From the IMG/VR virus record IMGVR_UViG_3300045988_054045: 64,000 nucleotides of DNA; one strand, given 5' to 3'. The notes under the pieces were generated by a model. The model saw nothing but the letters and a program-made list of their open reading frames with translations. It was not told the DNA's origin and made no database searches. Each line of letters starts with the position of its first letter. Within the stretch, counting starts at the first letter, position 1. Made by a program: the position numbers and the translations under genes. Below, piece by piece: positions 31,308 to 41,000 of this stretch. This DNA comes from a virus.

Positions 31308-31338
31308 CAAAATTAAGGAATTTTTAGGGTGTCCCAAA
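31308..31338 (-). promoter_or_regulatory. Bacteroidota-type promoter (TTTG-N19-TAATTTTG) for the scaffold-like/MCP genes
   Basis: On the - strand: TTTG (31338-31335), a 19-nt spacer, then TAATTTTG (31315-31308), about 25 nt upstream of the ATG at 31283. This matches the published Bacteroides -33/-7 consensus TTTG/TAnnTTTG. Confidence 0.55.
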
Positions 31339-31376
31339 ATGAAAGATTGAAATTCCTTAATATTTAAGGACACCCT
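31312..31376. repeat. Two interleaved inverted repeats (12 nt and 9 nt) overlapping the promoter
   Basis: ATTAAGGAATTT 31312-31323 pairs with AAATTCCTTAAT 31350-31361. AGGGTGTCC 31326-31334 pairs with GGACACCCT 31368-31376. The order is A-B-A'-B', a pseudoknot-type topology. Confidence 0.7.
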
Positions 31377-31382
31377 TAGTTA

Positions 31383-31976
31383 TTATCCCTGTATTGCCTT
31401 GATGTAATCCAATATACCCTCTATGTGTAGGCGAGCTATAGTTGCTCTACCTTCATCTGATAGTAGATATTCTACGTCCTCTTTATTATCTTGAAACAGA
31501 TTCTCAGTTAAAACTGCTGGGCACTTAGTCTCCCTGCATATAGCTAAATTCTGTTTCCAATATACTTGTGTTTGTGAATATTTCCTTAGTGCTAAACCCT
31601 CTTTACGTGCTGCTTCGAACAAGCACTCTGCCAGTTTCTTACTCTTACTTGAGCTATTGTTGGAGACAAATACACTCCAGCCTTTAGCATTCATCCAATC
31701 TGCCCCGCTACCAGCAGCATTACAGTGAATCGACACCAATACAGTATTAGCTTTTCCATGTTTATCACAGTATTGGTTTACTATTCGGCATCTCTGCATC
31801 AGTGGTACATCAGTATCATCTGTAACTACCAATTCTACATCGAAACCTTTATCCATTAATTGTTTCTTTACTTCGTTAGCAATCTCTCTACAGTATTTAT
31901 ACTCTCTAAGCCTTCCATCTGGACTTCTTTTTCCAGATGTAGACTCTCCATGACCTGCATCCAATAGAATTATCAT
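31383..31976 (-). CDS. N-acetylmuramoyl-L-alanine amidase (Amidase_3 family) endolysin
   Basis: LLDAGHGESTSGKRSP ... VLVSIHCNAAGSG ... CPAVLTENLFQDNKEDVEYL reproduce the Amidase_3 pattern (DaGHG, SiH.NA, PavLvE.gF..n). Confidence 0.8.
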   Translation of the reverse strand: MIILLDAGHGESTSGKRSPDGRLREYKYCREIANEVKKQLMDKGFDVELVVTDDTDVPLMQRCRIVNQYCDKHGKANTVLVSIHCNAAGSGADWMNAKGWSVFVSNNSSSKSKKLAECLFEAARKEGLALRKYSQTQVYWKQNLAICRETKCPAVLTENLFQDNKEDVEYLLSDEGRATIARLHIEGILDYIKAIQG

Positions 31977-32287
31977 AGTTTACTAAATTTTAGACAAGTA
32001 TCAAGAGTTGATAATGTTATCTTTCCTTCACTGTCAAGCTCTTGTATTCTCTTCTTTATAATCCCAAGCTGAGAATAGTTAATATCTATTTCCTTTTGTA
32101 TATCTTTACTTGGATTCCATCTAATTTGACCACCATCTTCTTTATATTGTATCTCATCTTTCTCTTCATCTGTGAATCTTAGTGACTTCACTAACTCTAC
32201 AATTTCAACTAAGTCACTCATATTGCCTGCTGTAGGAAGCATGGCAATTATAGTTAATCTGTCTCTAATACCTAAGTTTACAACCAT
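31973..32287 (-). CDS. Hypothetical protein
   Basis: I place the start at the internal ATG (MVVNLG...), because the track's longer form overlaps the end of the 1108-aa gene. No TM segment, so it is not an obvious holin. Confidence 0.5.
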   Translation of the reverse strand: MVVNLGIRDRLTIIAMLPTAGNMSDLVEIVELVKSLRFTDEEKDEIQYKEDGGQIRWNPSKDIQKEIDINYSQLGIIKKRIQELDSEGKITLSTLDTCLKFSKL

Positions 32288-32291
32288 AATA

Positions 32292-35200
32292 TTATGTATG
32301 AAAATCCATAACCAACCCATCTCTTACTGTAAGATAAACGTGCCCTCTACCAGACACCTTATATGTACCAGAACGGGGAATATTTAGCTTAGGTGTACCA
32401 TTCGCCTCATAACCTTCCACAAACCCAAATCCTTCAGCATACGTTCTTTTGGTACTAAGGGAGAATCCATCGAACCACGCTGCCCATACTTCACCCTTAC
32501 CTGGATATCTAGCAGTCTTTTCTGAATTTACTGATGTAAATATTCCTGCACCCATCATGGTAAACACCATAATAGGCATAGCCCATACTCCAGTCTGTAT
32601 TTTGATGCAGGTTTCCCAGTCACTTCCAATCCAACTATAATTAACAGATGCCCATCCAAGCTCTATCTTCTTGTCCGTACCACCTCCATAGTCAAATGTC
32701 TCCCACTCCAATCTGTTACTTCCATCCTTATTAAGCTTGAACCCACCAATCTGACCATCATAAGCTGTAATATTCCAGCACTGAATATCAGTTGCCCTAA
32801 CCTTCTTAAAATCACAATCTTGTGCCCATATATTCCCATATTTACTAACTGTAAAGAATGGCTGAAACTTGCCATCGACCTCATGACCTACACTCAACCC
32901 CCTCGACTGAATCCAACCATTAACATCTAATAAAGCATCTTGGAATTGTCCCTTATCATTAAACAATCCGCTCAGTTTCATAGCTGGATTGCCTGCAATA
33001 CTAAACACAAACTGGTCTGCATTCATATAGATTTCAGTCTTATTTCTATATGTAGGATTACCATTCTCATCCAAGATAGGTTCTCCCTCCAGATTTAGAG
33101 CTGGAACTTGGTCGATAGTTCCATCTGCGTTTACAACATCTCTAATTTCTAAACCAGCATTTCTAAACTTAAGTAACACACTCTCTTCTGAGAAATCAAT
33201 AACTGAAGTACCATTATTAAGGTAGAACTCTCCAGTTAAGAATACATTCTCACCATACAGACCATATCCGTAAGGTTGCTTAGTTCCAAAGATTTCGTTA
33301 CGTATTCCAGATAAGTTACCAAGTCTTACTCTAGTAATCTTAGTATATGTACACTTATACTCTTTATCCCTAAATACTATCGCAGAATCTTTAGTAGGAA
33401 CTTCAGTTAGGAAGTAACCATATTCAGCTGGGTTATTAAGAATATCTTGTGTGATTTGGGTATTTTCTCCATCATTTATAAGTACTGTATCCTTACCCTT
33501 AGTCTGTAAGAAGATTAATGGGTGCTTCTTATCAATATCGCCTCCGAAATTATCGGGATTTACACTACCTGGATTCACTGTTTGATAATAGAAATCACTG
33601 GCACTTTCTCTAACATATATATCACCTTTCTTCTTAATATTGGCTTTCTTAGTAGCCCATGTAGGTGTAATGTATAACGCAGAATAGTCAGGTCTATTAA
33701 GTCCCGATAATACATCTATATAAGGACCACAATCATCAGTAGAGGTAATATAAACAGCATTCTGCCTTTCAATATTATAGATATTACCCATCTGAACCAT
33801 ATCATCATCCTTAGCTATATCGTCGAGTCTATCCTCTTTTGCAGTAGCATTACCATCGGCTGTACCATTATCAGTTGTTCTTGCAGGTTCATACTCATTA
33901 GTATTCGAGTTGTATAATGTTTCAGTCTTATTATACTGAGTGTCATTATAACTCTGCTCAAAGTCAGTAAGCTTACCTTCATCATCATAGTGATACTCTG
34001 TATAAACATCAAATACTGATAAAGCCTTTTGCATTATATAAGTATAAGAATCCACCTGAGAGGTAACTATAGCATCGTAGTATTTAATGTTTCCATTATT
34101 ATACTTCTGACATCTAATTATATCTCCTGGCTTAAAATAAGGATAGTCTTCATTCTTACATTCTACTATCCATATATTAGATACTGAGGGTAGCTTAGAA
34201 CTTGACCCTTCAAGTCCAAAGTACTTATAATAGGGATAGACACAGTATAAGTTAGAACCATCACTAGATGTCTTTCCATCCTTTTTATAGTTCACCTCTC
34301 TACTCTTAGGAACCATAAAAAACTTAGTTCTTTTATTAAAGGTGTCTATGTTTGCCCACTTTTTAGGAACTGTTCCTGCAAGAGGTCCTTCTCCCTCTGT
34401 ATCCCATTCAGTTACTTCTCTTGACTTAGTAATAAATATTACTTTGATGTTGCCTTTATAAGTATTAAATTCCTTCTCAGTTATTCCAGAGCCTGGATTG
34501 CTAGCACTGTATTCTTCCCATGATTTGTCTAAAACATTCAAATCATATAAGCTACTTGTGCCTTTAAATAGAGGACTATTTATTACTACGGTAATGTCTT
34601 TTATATAGATTATAAAGTTATAGTCCACGAAAGATTTAGCAGTATAACTACCACTAGCATTAGCTAATTCCGTAGTGAAGGTTTCAGTTACAGTATAATT
34701 ACTCTTTAAATCATTAAATAAGAAATAATTATTAGATGGCATTAATTTCTCAAGATTACTTTTGGCATCCTCAGTTCCCCATGTACCAATCCCAGATAAA
34801 TCATTCTGAGTTATAATTTTAGGCTGATATGCAGCTGTACACTTACTTGAGTTGCTAACCCAAAGGCTACCATTAGTTGCACTAATCTTATTAATAACCA
34901 TCTCATATACTCTCATAGCCTTACGAACTACAAGATAATCCACAGTTAATGTATTAGTATCAGCGTCCAATCTCCATCCATAACCACCAAATCCTGATGC
35001 AAATTCTGGAGAAGTAAGACTTCCGCTTGTTACTAAATCACCATACATACGAACATTCTGGTTAAATGTCCAGTTATTCTCTGACACACCTTTACCCTTA
35101 AATGTCCAATTACCTGTGATGTACTCATCTACTCTTTTCTTAGCCAAATCGTCAGCGGCATAGCCACCTATAAACTCAGCATTAAGGTTGTTAACTAACT

Positions 35201-35618
35201 TAGAAGAAGCCACTATTAAAGGAGGTCCAACAGTATTGATTTCCAGTTGACCTGTCATCGTGTCTCCCTTACGTCTTACATACCCATCACCAGCACCTTC
35301 TGCCGCCTCAATTAGGGCTATATATCTCTCGTCATAAGAAATATATAGTGTAGTAGTAAGTGTATTGTAAACGAAGAATCCATCACCAGGATACTCCATT
35401 TGCTCCATCTCAAGTAAGCTCCCAACTATGATAGTTTGACTCTTAATTTCTGACTCAGTAACCTTATCAAGTAATGCTAACACATCACTAAGAACCCTTG
35501 AACTGTTACCAGTCTTAATATAAACCTTTCCAAGAGTTTCAAGTACTAAATCAGTGTACTTATTGCCAACTATTACTTTGTCACCTCCTAAGAATGACTC
35601 TGTTCTAATGTTGTCCAT
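32292..35618 (-). CDS. Tail fibre/spike protein (1108 aa)
   Basis: KGDTMTGQLEI motif, common in phage fibre shafts, and a beta-rich Asn/Thr/Gly composition. Confidence 0.6.
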   Translation of the reverse strand: MDNIRTESFLGGDKVIVGNKYTDLVLETLGKVYIKTGNSSRVLSDVLALLDKVTESEIKSQTIIVGSLLEMEQMEYPGDGFFVYNTLTTTLYISYDERYIALIEAAEGAGDGYVRRKGDTMTGQLEINTVGPPLIVASSKLVNNLNAEFIGGYAADDLAKKRVDEYITGNWTFKGKGVSENNWTFNQNVRMYGDLVTSGSLTSPEFASGFGGYGWRLDADTNTLTVDYLVVRKAMRVYEMVINKISATNGSLWVSNSSKCTAAYQPKIITQNDLSGIGTWGTEDAKSNLEKLMPSNNYFLFNDLKSNYTVTETFTTELANASGSYTAKSFVDYNFIIYIKDITVVINSPLFKGTSSLYDLNVLDKSWEEYSASNPGSGITEKEFNTYKGNIKVIFITKSREVTEWDTEGEGPLAGTVPKKWANIDTFNKRTKFFMVPKSREVNYKKDGKTSSDGSNLYCVYPYYKYFGLEGSSSKLPSVSNIWIVECKNEDYPYFKPGDIIRCQKYNNGNIKYYDAIVTSQVDSYTYIMQKALSVFDVYTEYHYDDEGKLTDFEQSYNDTQYNKTETLYNSNTNEYEPARTTDNGTADGNATAKEDRLDDIAKDDDMVQMGNIYNIERQNAVYITSTDDCGPYIDVLSGLNRPDYSALYITPTWATKKANIKKKGDIYVRESASDFYYQTVNPGSVNPDNFGGDIDKKHPLIFLQTKGKDTVLINDGENTQITQDILNNPAEYGYFLTEVPTKDSAIVFRDKEYKCTYTKITRVRLGNLSGIRNEIFGTKQPYGYGLYGENVFLTGEFYLNNGTSVIDFSEESVLLKFRNAGLEIRDVVNADGTIDQVPALNLEGEPILDENGNPTYRNKTEIYMNADQFVFSIAGNPAMKLSGLFNDKGQFQDALLDVNGWIQSRGLSVGHEVDGKFQPFFTVSKYGNIWAQDCDFKKVRATDIQCWNITAYDGQIGGFKLNKDGSNRLEWETFDYGGGTDKKIELGWASVNYSWIGSDWETCIKIQTGVWAMPIMVFTMMGAGIFTSVNSEKTARYPGKGEVWAAWFDGFSLSTKRTYAEGFGFVEGYEANGTPKLNIPRSGTYKVSGRGHVYLTVRDGLVMDFHT

Positions 35619-35946
35619 TGTTCGCTTTCAACGTTTTAAATATTCTCTCGAACTCATCAATGTCAGCCTCTCCAAACTTGATTGGTTTCCCAAATAGCTT
35701 AACGACATAACCATTTTTAGCACGAGTCTTCATAACGTCACGTAGCGCATTTCCAAATAAATCTATATTTAAATTACCACCCTTATCAAGGAATGGTTCC
35801 AAATACATTCCATACTTGTCCTCCATATTATTAACTACGTAAGTTATGAGAGCATCAGTACCTATTGTGTTTATACCAAATAAGTTACTTACCAAGTTTT
35901 TAGTGAATGTGTTTGCTGCTTGAAATATCAATTCTTTATCACTCAT
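35605..35946 (-). CDS. Hypothetical protein
   Basis: 113-aa ORF with overlapping start and stop codons relative to its neighbours. Confidence 0.5.
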   Translation of the reverse strand: MSDKELIFQAANTFTKNLVSNLFGINTIGTDALITYVVNNMEDKYGMYLEPFLDKGGNLNIDLFGNALRDVMKTRAKNGYVVKLFGKPIKFGEADIDEFERIFKTLKANNGQH

Positions 35947-36395
35947 TATTTAGCTGTTTTATTCATCATGAGTTCATCAAATCTCTTTTTCATCTCTGGG
36001 TCACTCTCCATTAGTTCTAATAATGTATTGACCTTCTCTTCTTTAGCTTTTATCTGCGATTGTATATACTCTTTACTTTTTCTAATAGTAGCCAATAAAT
36101 TCTCAGCAGCCACTTTACCGTCTGGAGAATTTACATATTCTGCACTAAACTTAGTACCTAAGAAAGACATAAATCCTGCTTCATAGGTTTGTTTAGCCAT
36201 CTGATATTCCTGAGTTTTAGCCAATACATTTTGCTCATCAACAGACAATGACCCAACCTCCCTGTTTATTTCATCAAGGATAGGTTGAGTCTTTTGTTGT
36301 GCCTGCTGAGCTTGTTGCATCACTTGTAGTTGCTGCATATATTGGTTTTGTAAATCAGTATAGTTAGTACCGAAAGGTTGACCAAATAAGCTCAT
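35946..36395 (-). CDS. Hypothetical Gln-rich coiled-coil protein
   Basis: 149 aa with QNQYMQQLQVMQQAQQAQQKTQ followed by helical heptad-like sequence. Confidence 0.5.
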   Translation of the reverse strand: MSLFGQPFGTNYTDLQNQYMQQLQVMQQAQQAQQKTQPILDEINREVGSLSVDEQNVLAKTQEYQMAKQTYEAGFMSFLGTKFSAEYVNSPDGKVAAENLLATIRKSKEYIQSQIKAKEEKVNTLLELMESDPEMKKRFDELMMNKTAK

Positions 36396-36404
36396 AATAC
36401 ATTA

Positions 36405-36875
36405 TTATGCTGAAGGTGTTGCTGTAACTGGAACTTGAATCTCAAATACTGAGTATGCACAATTACCTTTAACTGGCAATGATGTTGGTAACTCATTCAA
36501 GATAGCTTGATTTACTATGCTAACTCCATTTGGAATTATAATGTCAACTGCCTTATCTATCATAGGCGTTACCTTTACAGTAGTACTTGATGTAGAAGGA
36601 GCTGATGTTAATACAGTTGATGCAGTGTTAGTTACAACTTTGGTTTCTCCCTTGCAGTCAGTATATTGAACTGTATGAATAAGGTCAAATTTAGTAATTT
36701 GAGTATATCTCTCACCACCCGCTGCAGCATCTGTTTCTGTTGCCATAGCTGCCCATCTCTGTGTGGCTGTTAATGTAGACACTGGAGCTACAGATGCTCT
36801 TGCCCCGCATGGTAACGATACATTAAATTCAATCACCTGAGCAGTTCCTGAAATAGGAGTAATTTTTACTTTCAT
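36405..36875 (-). CDS. Hypothetical Ser/Thr/Ala-rich beta protein (possible decoration/fibre component)
   Basis: 156-aa ORF. Its start follows the terminator of the upstream unit via a CA-rich leader. Confidence 0.5.
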   Translation of the reverse strand: MKVKITPISGTAQVIEFNVSLPCGARASVAPVSTLTATQRWAAMATETDAAAGGERYTQITKFDLIHTVQYTDCKGETKVVTNTASTVLTSAPSTSSTTVKVTPMIDKAVDIIIPNGVSIVNQAILNELPTSLPVKGNCAYSVFEIQVPVTATPSA

Positions 36876-36892
36876 AAGTGTTTGTGTTTAGG

Positions 36893-36932
36893 TATAAATA
36901 ATAAAAGGGAGACTACTTTCATAATCTCCCTT
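36893..36932 (-). terminator. Rho-independent terminator of the 36940-37812 gene
   Basis: - strand RNA: AAGGGAGA / UCUCCCUU (8 bp perfect), 12-nt loop, then UUAUUAUUUAU. Confidence 0.65.
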
Positions 36933-36939
36933 CAATATC

Positions 36940-37812
36940 TTACTGAGCTGTACAAGAAGAACAAGTACTATTGACAGCTGTGTTTACTGCATTCCAGTTA
37001 GAAGCAGCTTGACCAGCATACATACCTGTTCCATATTGTGTAAACGGACTACAGTATAGTGGAGAGATACTAGGAACTGGAGCGCATAGGTCACTGTAAG
37101 CATATTTCAGCTGTCCAGTAATCTTATGGTCTAATTGTCTCTGTAAATCACCAGCAGCAACTAATAGTTGTTTCTCTGACTTGCAGCAGCAGTTGTCTGA
37201 ATATCTTTCAGCATTAACTTTGTTAAGTTCGAACATTAGAGGTAGAGCAGCGGCAGTAGCAGCTTCCTTCTTCTCTAATTCATTGATTCTTGTACTTAAT
37301 CTTTCGAAGATGTCAGTCTTTTCTTGTACATCTTGTTCTCTCCTCTTATAAAGCTCATCACATAGTCTTAGGTTTTGAGCATTATCACGAGTGATTATAT
37401 CAACGTACATTCCACTCTTCTCTTGTAGGTCTTCTACTCTACCCTTCCAGATTTGGTTTGTTAGAATTTGAGTTTCGTTTCCAATTCTTTCATTGATAGC
37501 TAAATTCCTACCATTGATATAAGTATATAAATCAATATCATCTTGTAAGGACTGTACTCTGTTGTTCCAAGCTAGATTCTGAGACATCTCTCCTTGAGCC
37601 ATAGCAGTCTGCATAGCTCTTTCAGCTAGACAGTTACCGTTATTACCTCCGAACAGACCTCCAAGAATGCCGTTGTTACCACAGCCACAGCCGTTGTTAC
37701 CTGAAAAAGCTCCAAGTGCTGTTCCAATAATACCTAGAGTAAGGGCTGCATTGGTTTTACCTTTCTTACCAAATTTGTCCTCTGCCTCTTGCATTGTCAA
37801 AAATTCTGCCAT
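36940..37812 (-). CDS. Membrane-anchored Gly/Cys-rich coiled-coil protein, function unknown (monocistronic unit)
   Basis: N-terminal hydrophobic helix AALTLGIIGTALGAF, then GNNGCGCGNNGILGGLFGGNNGNC, a long helical region, and a Cys-rich C-terminus (CCCK ... CSSCTAQ). It has its own promoter and terminator. Confidence 0.6.
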   Translation of the reverse strand: MAEFLTMQEAEDKFGKKGKTNAALTLGIIGTALGAFSGNNGCGCGNNGILGGLFGGNNGNCLAERAMQTAMAQGEMSQNLAWNNRVQSLQDDIDLYTYINGRNLAINERIGNETQILTNQIWKGRVEDLQEKSGMYVDIITRDNAQNLRLCDELYKRREQDVQEKTDIFERLSTRINELEKKEAATAAALPLMFELNKVNAERYSDNCCCKSEKQLLVAAGDLQRQLDHKITGQLKYAYSDLCAPVPSISPLYCSPFTQYGTGMYAGQAASNWNAVNTAVNSTCSSCTAQ

Positions 37813-37852
37813 AAATTTGTTGTGTTTGTGTGTGTTTTTAATCCCAATCTCT

Positions 37853-37864
37853 AAAGCGCGCTTT
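37853..37864. promoter_or_regulatory. Perfect 12-nt palindrome AAAGCGCGCTTT in the 5' leader
   Basis: The only GC-rich island in an AT-rich 189-nt intergenic region. It lies between the -7 box and the ATG and is followed by a CA-rich leader. Confidence 0.4.
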
Positions 37865-37880
37865 CTTAATTTTCATAGTG

Positions 37881-37912
37881 CAAAGTTAATGATTCTTAAA
37901 GGTCATACCAAA
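37881..37912 (-). promoter_or_regulatory. Bacteroidota-type promoter (TTTG-N20-TAACTTTG)
   Basis: On the - strand: TTTG (37912-37909), a 20-nt spacer, then TAACTTTG (37888-37881), about 70 nt upstream of the ATG at 37812. Confidence 0.55.
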
Positions 37913-38001
37913 GAAATATTGTTAATCAATGTTAACTACAAAATAATTGTATTAAAATATTTAAAAATCATTTCTATGGTATGATTAGCCTATATAATTT
38001 G

Positions 38002-41000
38002 TTATAGCCATTCAGAAGGTACTAATCTAGACTCTAATTGGTCAGCGTTGGTAATGTTACTCTTCTTAACCCCAGTTAAGTAACCTTGTACAATATTTAA
38101 TATTGGGTATGTAGAAGAACTAAATGTCGGAACTGCACCTTGCAGCTTAGTGCAGTAATAAAACATACCACTAATATCATTAATATTATAGCATAACTTC
38201 AACAGGTCCTCAGTGATTAAAAGTAAACCATAGTCAGTCTCTTCATCTGAACCTCCAGTAGTAACTGCAAATAAGTTAGATGCATTAACTATTCTCGTGT
38301 TGTTTTTAAACAAGTTAGGGAAATCAAACTGGGGATATATCTCCTGAGTTCCTCCTGCATTGTATGCCCGCTTGTCAAATTTACAATTAGCCCAAACTTC
38401 AGAGATAATCTTTAGGTTAGGATTGTTAGCAAATAGGTTACTATTTACATCTACCCCAACCTCAAATACTGTTTGTGAGAACATTCCAGTAATGTCTTCC
38501 AGTTTTGCGTTATACTTAAATAGGTCAGGCGGATATTTAATACCTCTTGTAAACGTATCACCTTGTAGATTAACAAAAGCACAGAACCTTGTAGTCCTAA
38601 ATACTCCTTGCATTTTAGGAGTATCAATAAGTGATTCAAATAATTTACATGGTATTCTACCTATCATTCCGTCCCACTTTCCAGTTTGCTCAATAGACCA
38701 ATCTCCTGAATCAGGCATAAACACTCTGACTTGTTCTGGATAATTAAAATCTATCATAGAATCTTCAAGAGTACAATCAGCATGACAGTATCTAAAGTAA
38801 TCTGTTGGAATCATATAATTCTGATAACCCACTTCAGCACGACCAGTTCCAGCTTGGCTAATAGCCGTTTTCTGCTGTGTGTCATACTTGAAGTACTTTT
38901 CAGTAAGTCTAGTTTTAACTTCTTCTAAACCACTTTCTGTACTTGAAGCTCCTTCCCATCCATAACCATCAAGATACCAAACATCGAATGCCTGCTCTCC
39001 TGGATTATAGTCTTCACTACCAGAATCTTCATTCCTATCATAGTTATATGACTTCTTCATATTACTTACATCTAACTTATAGGTAACTCTGTTTCCAGCA
39101 TTCTTAACAATGTGGTCAGCCCATGTTGTCCACGTGCTGTTAAGGATTAACTCAGAGCCTATATCCATAGTTCTAGTCTCGTCGTATCCAAGACACCAGC
39201 AACCTTTGAACACACCCTTCATGTTGGTAATTGTCCTGTTTATAGATTTAGTTCCATCGCTATTATCCCTACTCATAAAAAATAGACGGTAAGGAATATA
39301 TCCAAACACACCACTATTCTCAAACGCGTAGGAAACATCTTGAAGTGGACAATTCTTAAATCCTTCTCCTACTAGCTTAAGCTTAAGGTTGTAACAACCA
39401 CTAAACAAACTCTTTATACTAGTAAGACTTATACAATCATCAAACATTCCTGCTGGGGGGAATTGATATATTTTACCATCATTATCTAAGTCAATTCCAC
39501 TAAAGAATCCTTCGATACTATTCAATATTCTACAATTCCTAAATATATTAGAAGGGATACTTTGTGCTCCAGACTCCTCAGTGCATTTCAATCCATTGAG
39601 GATGCCAATAGCCTGCCTTAGTGTTCCACTAATCCCCTGGAACATATCTGCCATTTCTGATAGATTTACAGTTGCCTCTCCTCCACTATATTGGAAAGGA
39701 TATTGTATAGAACTAAATGTTGGTATGTACCAAGTAGTACTTCCATCATTAATAGTTTGACTTATTCCTCCAAACACATTGGGTCCAATTTTTCCTACTA
39801 GTTTAACTCCTGCATATACGGAATCATTTAGAATCAGAGACTGAGCCACTTTGTTAATTGTATGGAACAAGTAAGTGTTACCACTACTATCGTTATCTAC
39901 TGTCATTCTTACTCCACTACACCCAGTGAACACCCCCTTTGGATATGGACTTACTAAATTCCTAAGATTTGTAAAGAATGTTTTAGAGCTTAGTAATCCG
40001 TCTGAAAGAACAACTGCCCTAGTATTCTCACAACTCTTTAGCTGTTGACAATCTCTAAACATATAATCAATCTTTACTAAGGGACTGTATTTACCATCAG
40101 CTGGAGCAAAAATATTATTATCAATCCACTCTAGGCTAGTACTATCAAATGCAGCTTCTGCATCCGTAAGTTTGGGTAGGAAATCTAATATTCCCCAAGT
40201 AGAGTCCTTAGATGGACTGTAATCAGAGGTTCTAGAGAAGAATGGACCAGTTAGGTTAGTTCCACTAAATGCTTCCTTAATACTACTAACATTAGGACAT
40301 ACTCTAAACAAATCATACCACATATCTCCAGTAATATTGGCACAACCTTTGAACATTCCTTCTAATGAAACAATGTTATCAGTAAGCCTTACCATTAGGT
40401 ACTTGAAATCATTATATGATACCTTAGCACATCCCTCAAACATAAAGTAAACATCAGTAAGTTTTTGACTAAATGTTATATTGGTGACATCATTCCCCTC
40501 TAAGAAAACATCTGTGCCATATTGTGTATATATCAAATCTGGATTTAGATAAAGTTGGCTACAACCCCTAAATGTTTCTCCTCCTTCAAGGGAAAGATGC
40601 CCTTTAATTCTCTGAAGAGAAATACAATCTCTAAACGCACCTCTAGGCACTTCTATTGGATTATCCCTATCATTCTTGCACCTTACTTCTACTAATTGCT
40701 TACAACTTATAGCTTCAATACTCTCCAGATTCGGGAATGCAGTTAAATCTAGAAAATCTGGAGCTTGGTCATTATACTTCAAGGATGATAATGATGTATT
40801 AGATATAACCAACCTCTTTAAGCTGAAGAAGTTAGGTTGTCCGTTAACATACAAGGAAGCTAACGTAATATCACTAGTCATAGTTCTACTCAAGTCTAAT
40901 GTCTCTAAATTCCAAGCACCTGTTAACTCAAGTTTTAGAGAAGGGTTGTTCTGACCAGGAATACTAAATTCCTTCATACCTGGACAGTTATCTATTGTTA

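Noticed and set aside
31284-31373. N-terminal 30-aa extension of the scaffold-like ORF and the 11-aa extension of ORF 31973-32320
   Set aside because: The first runs through the promoter and inverted-repeat region. The second overlaps the end of the 1108-aa gene. Internal ATGs give cleaner gene boundaries.
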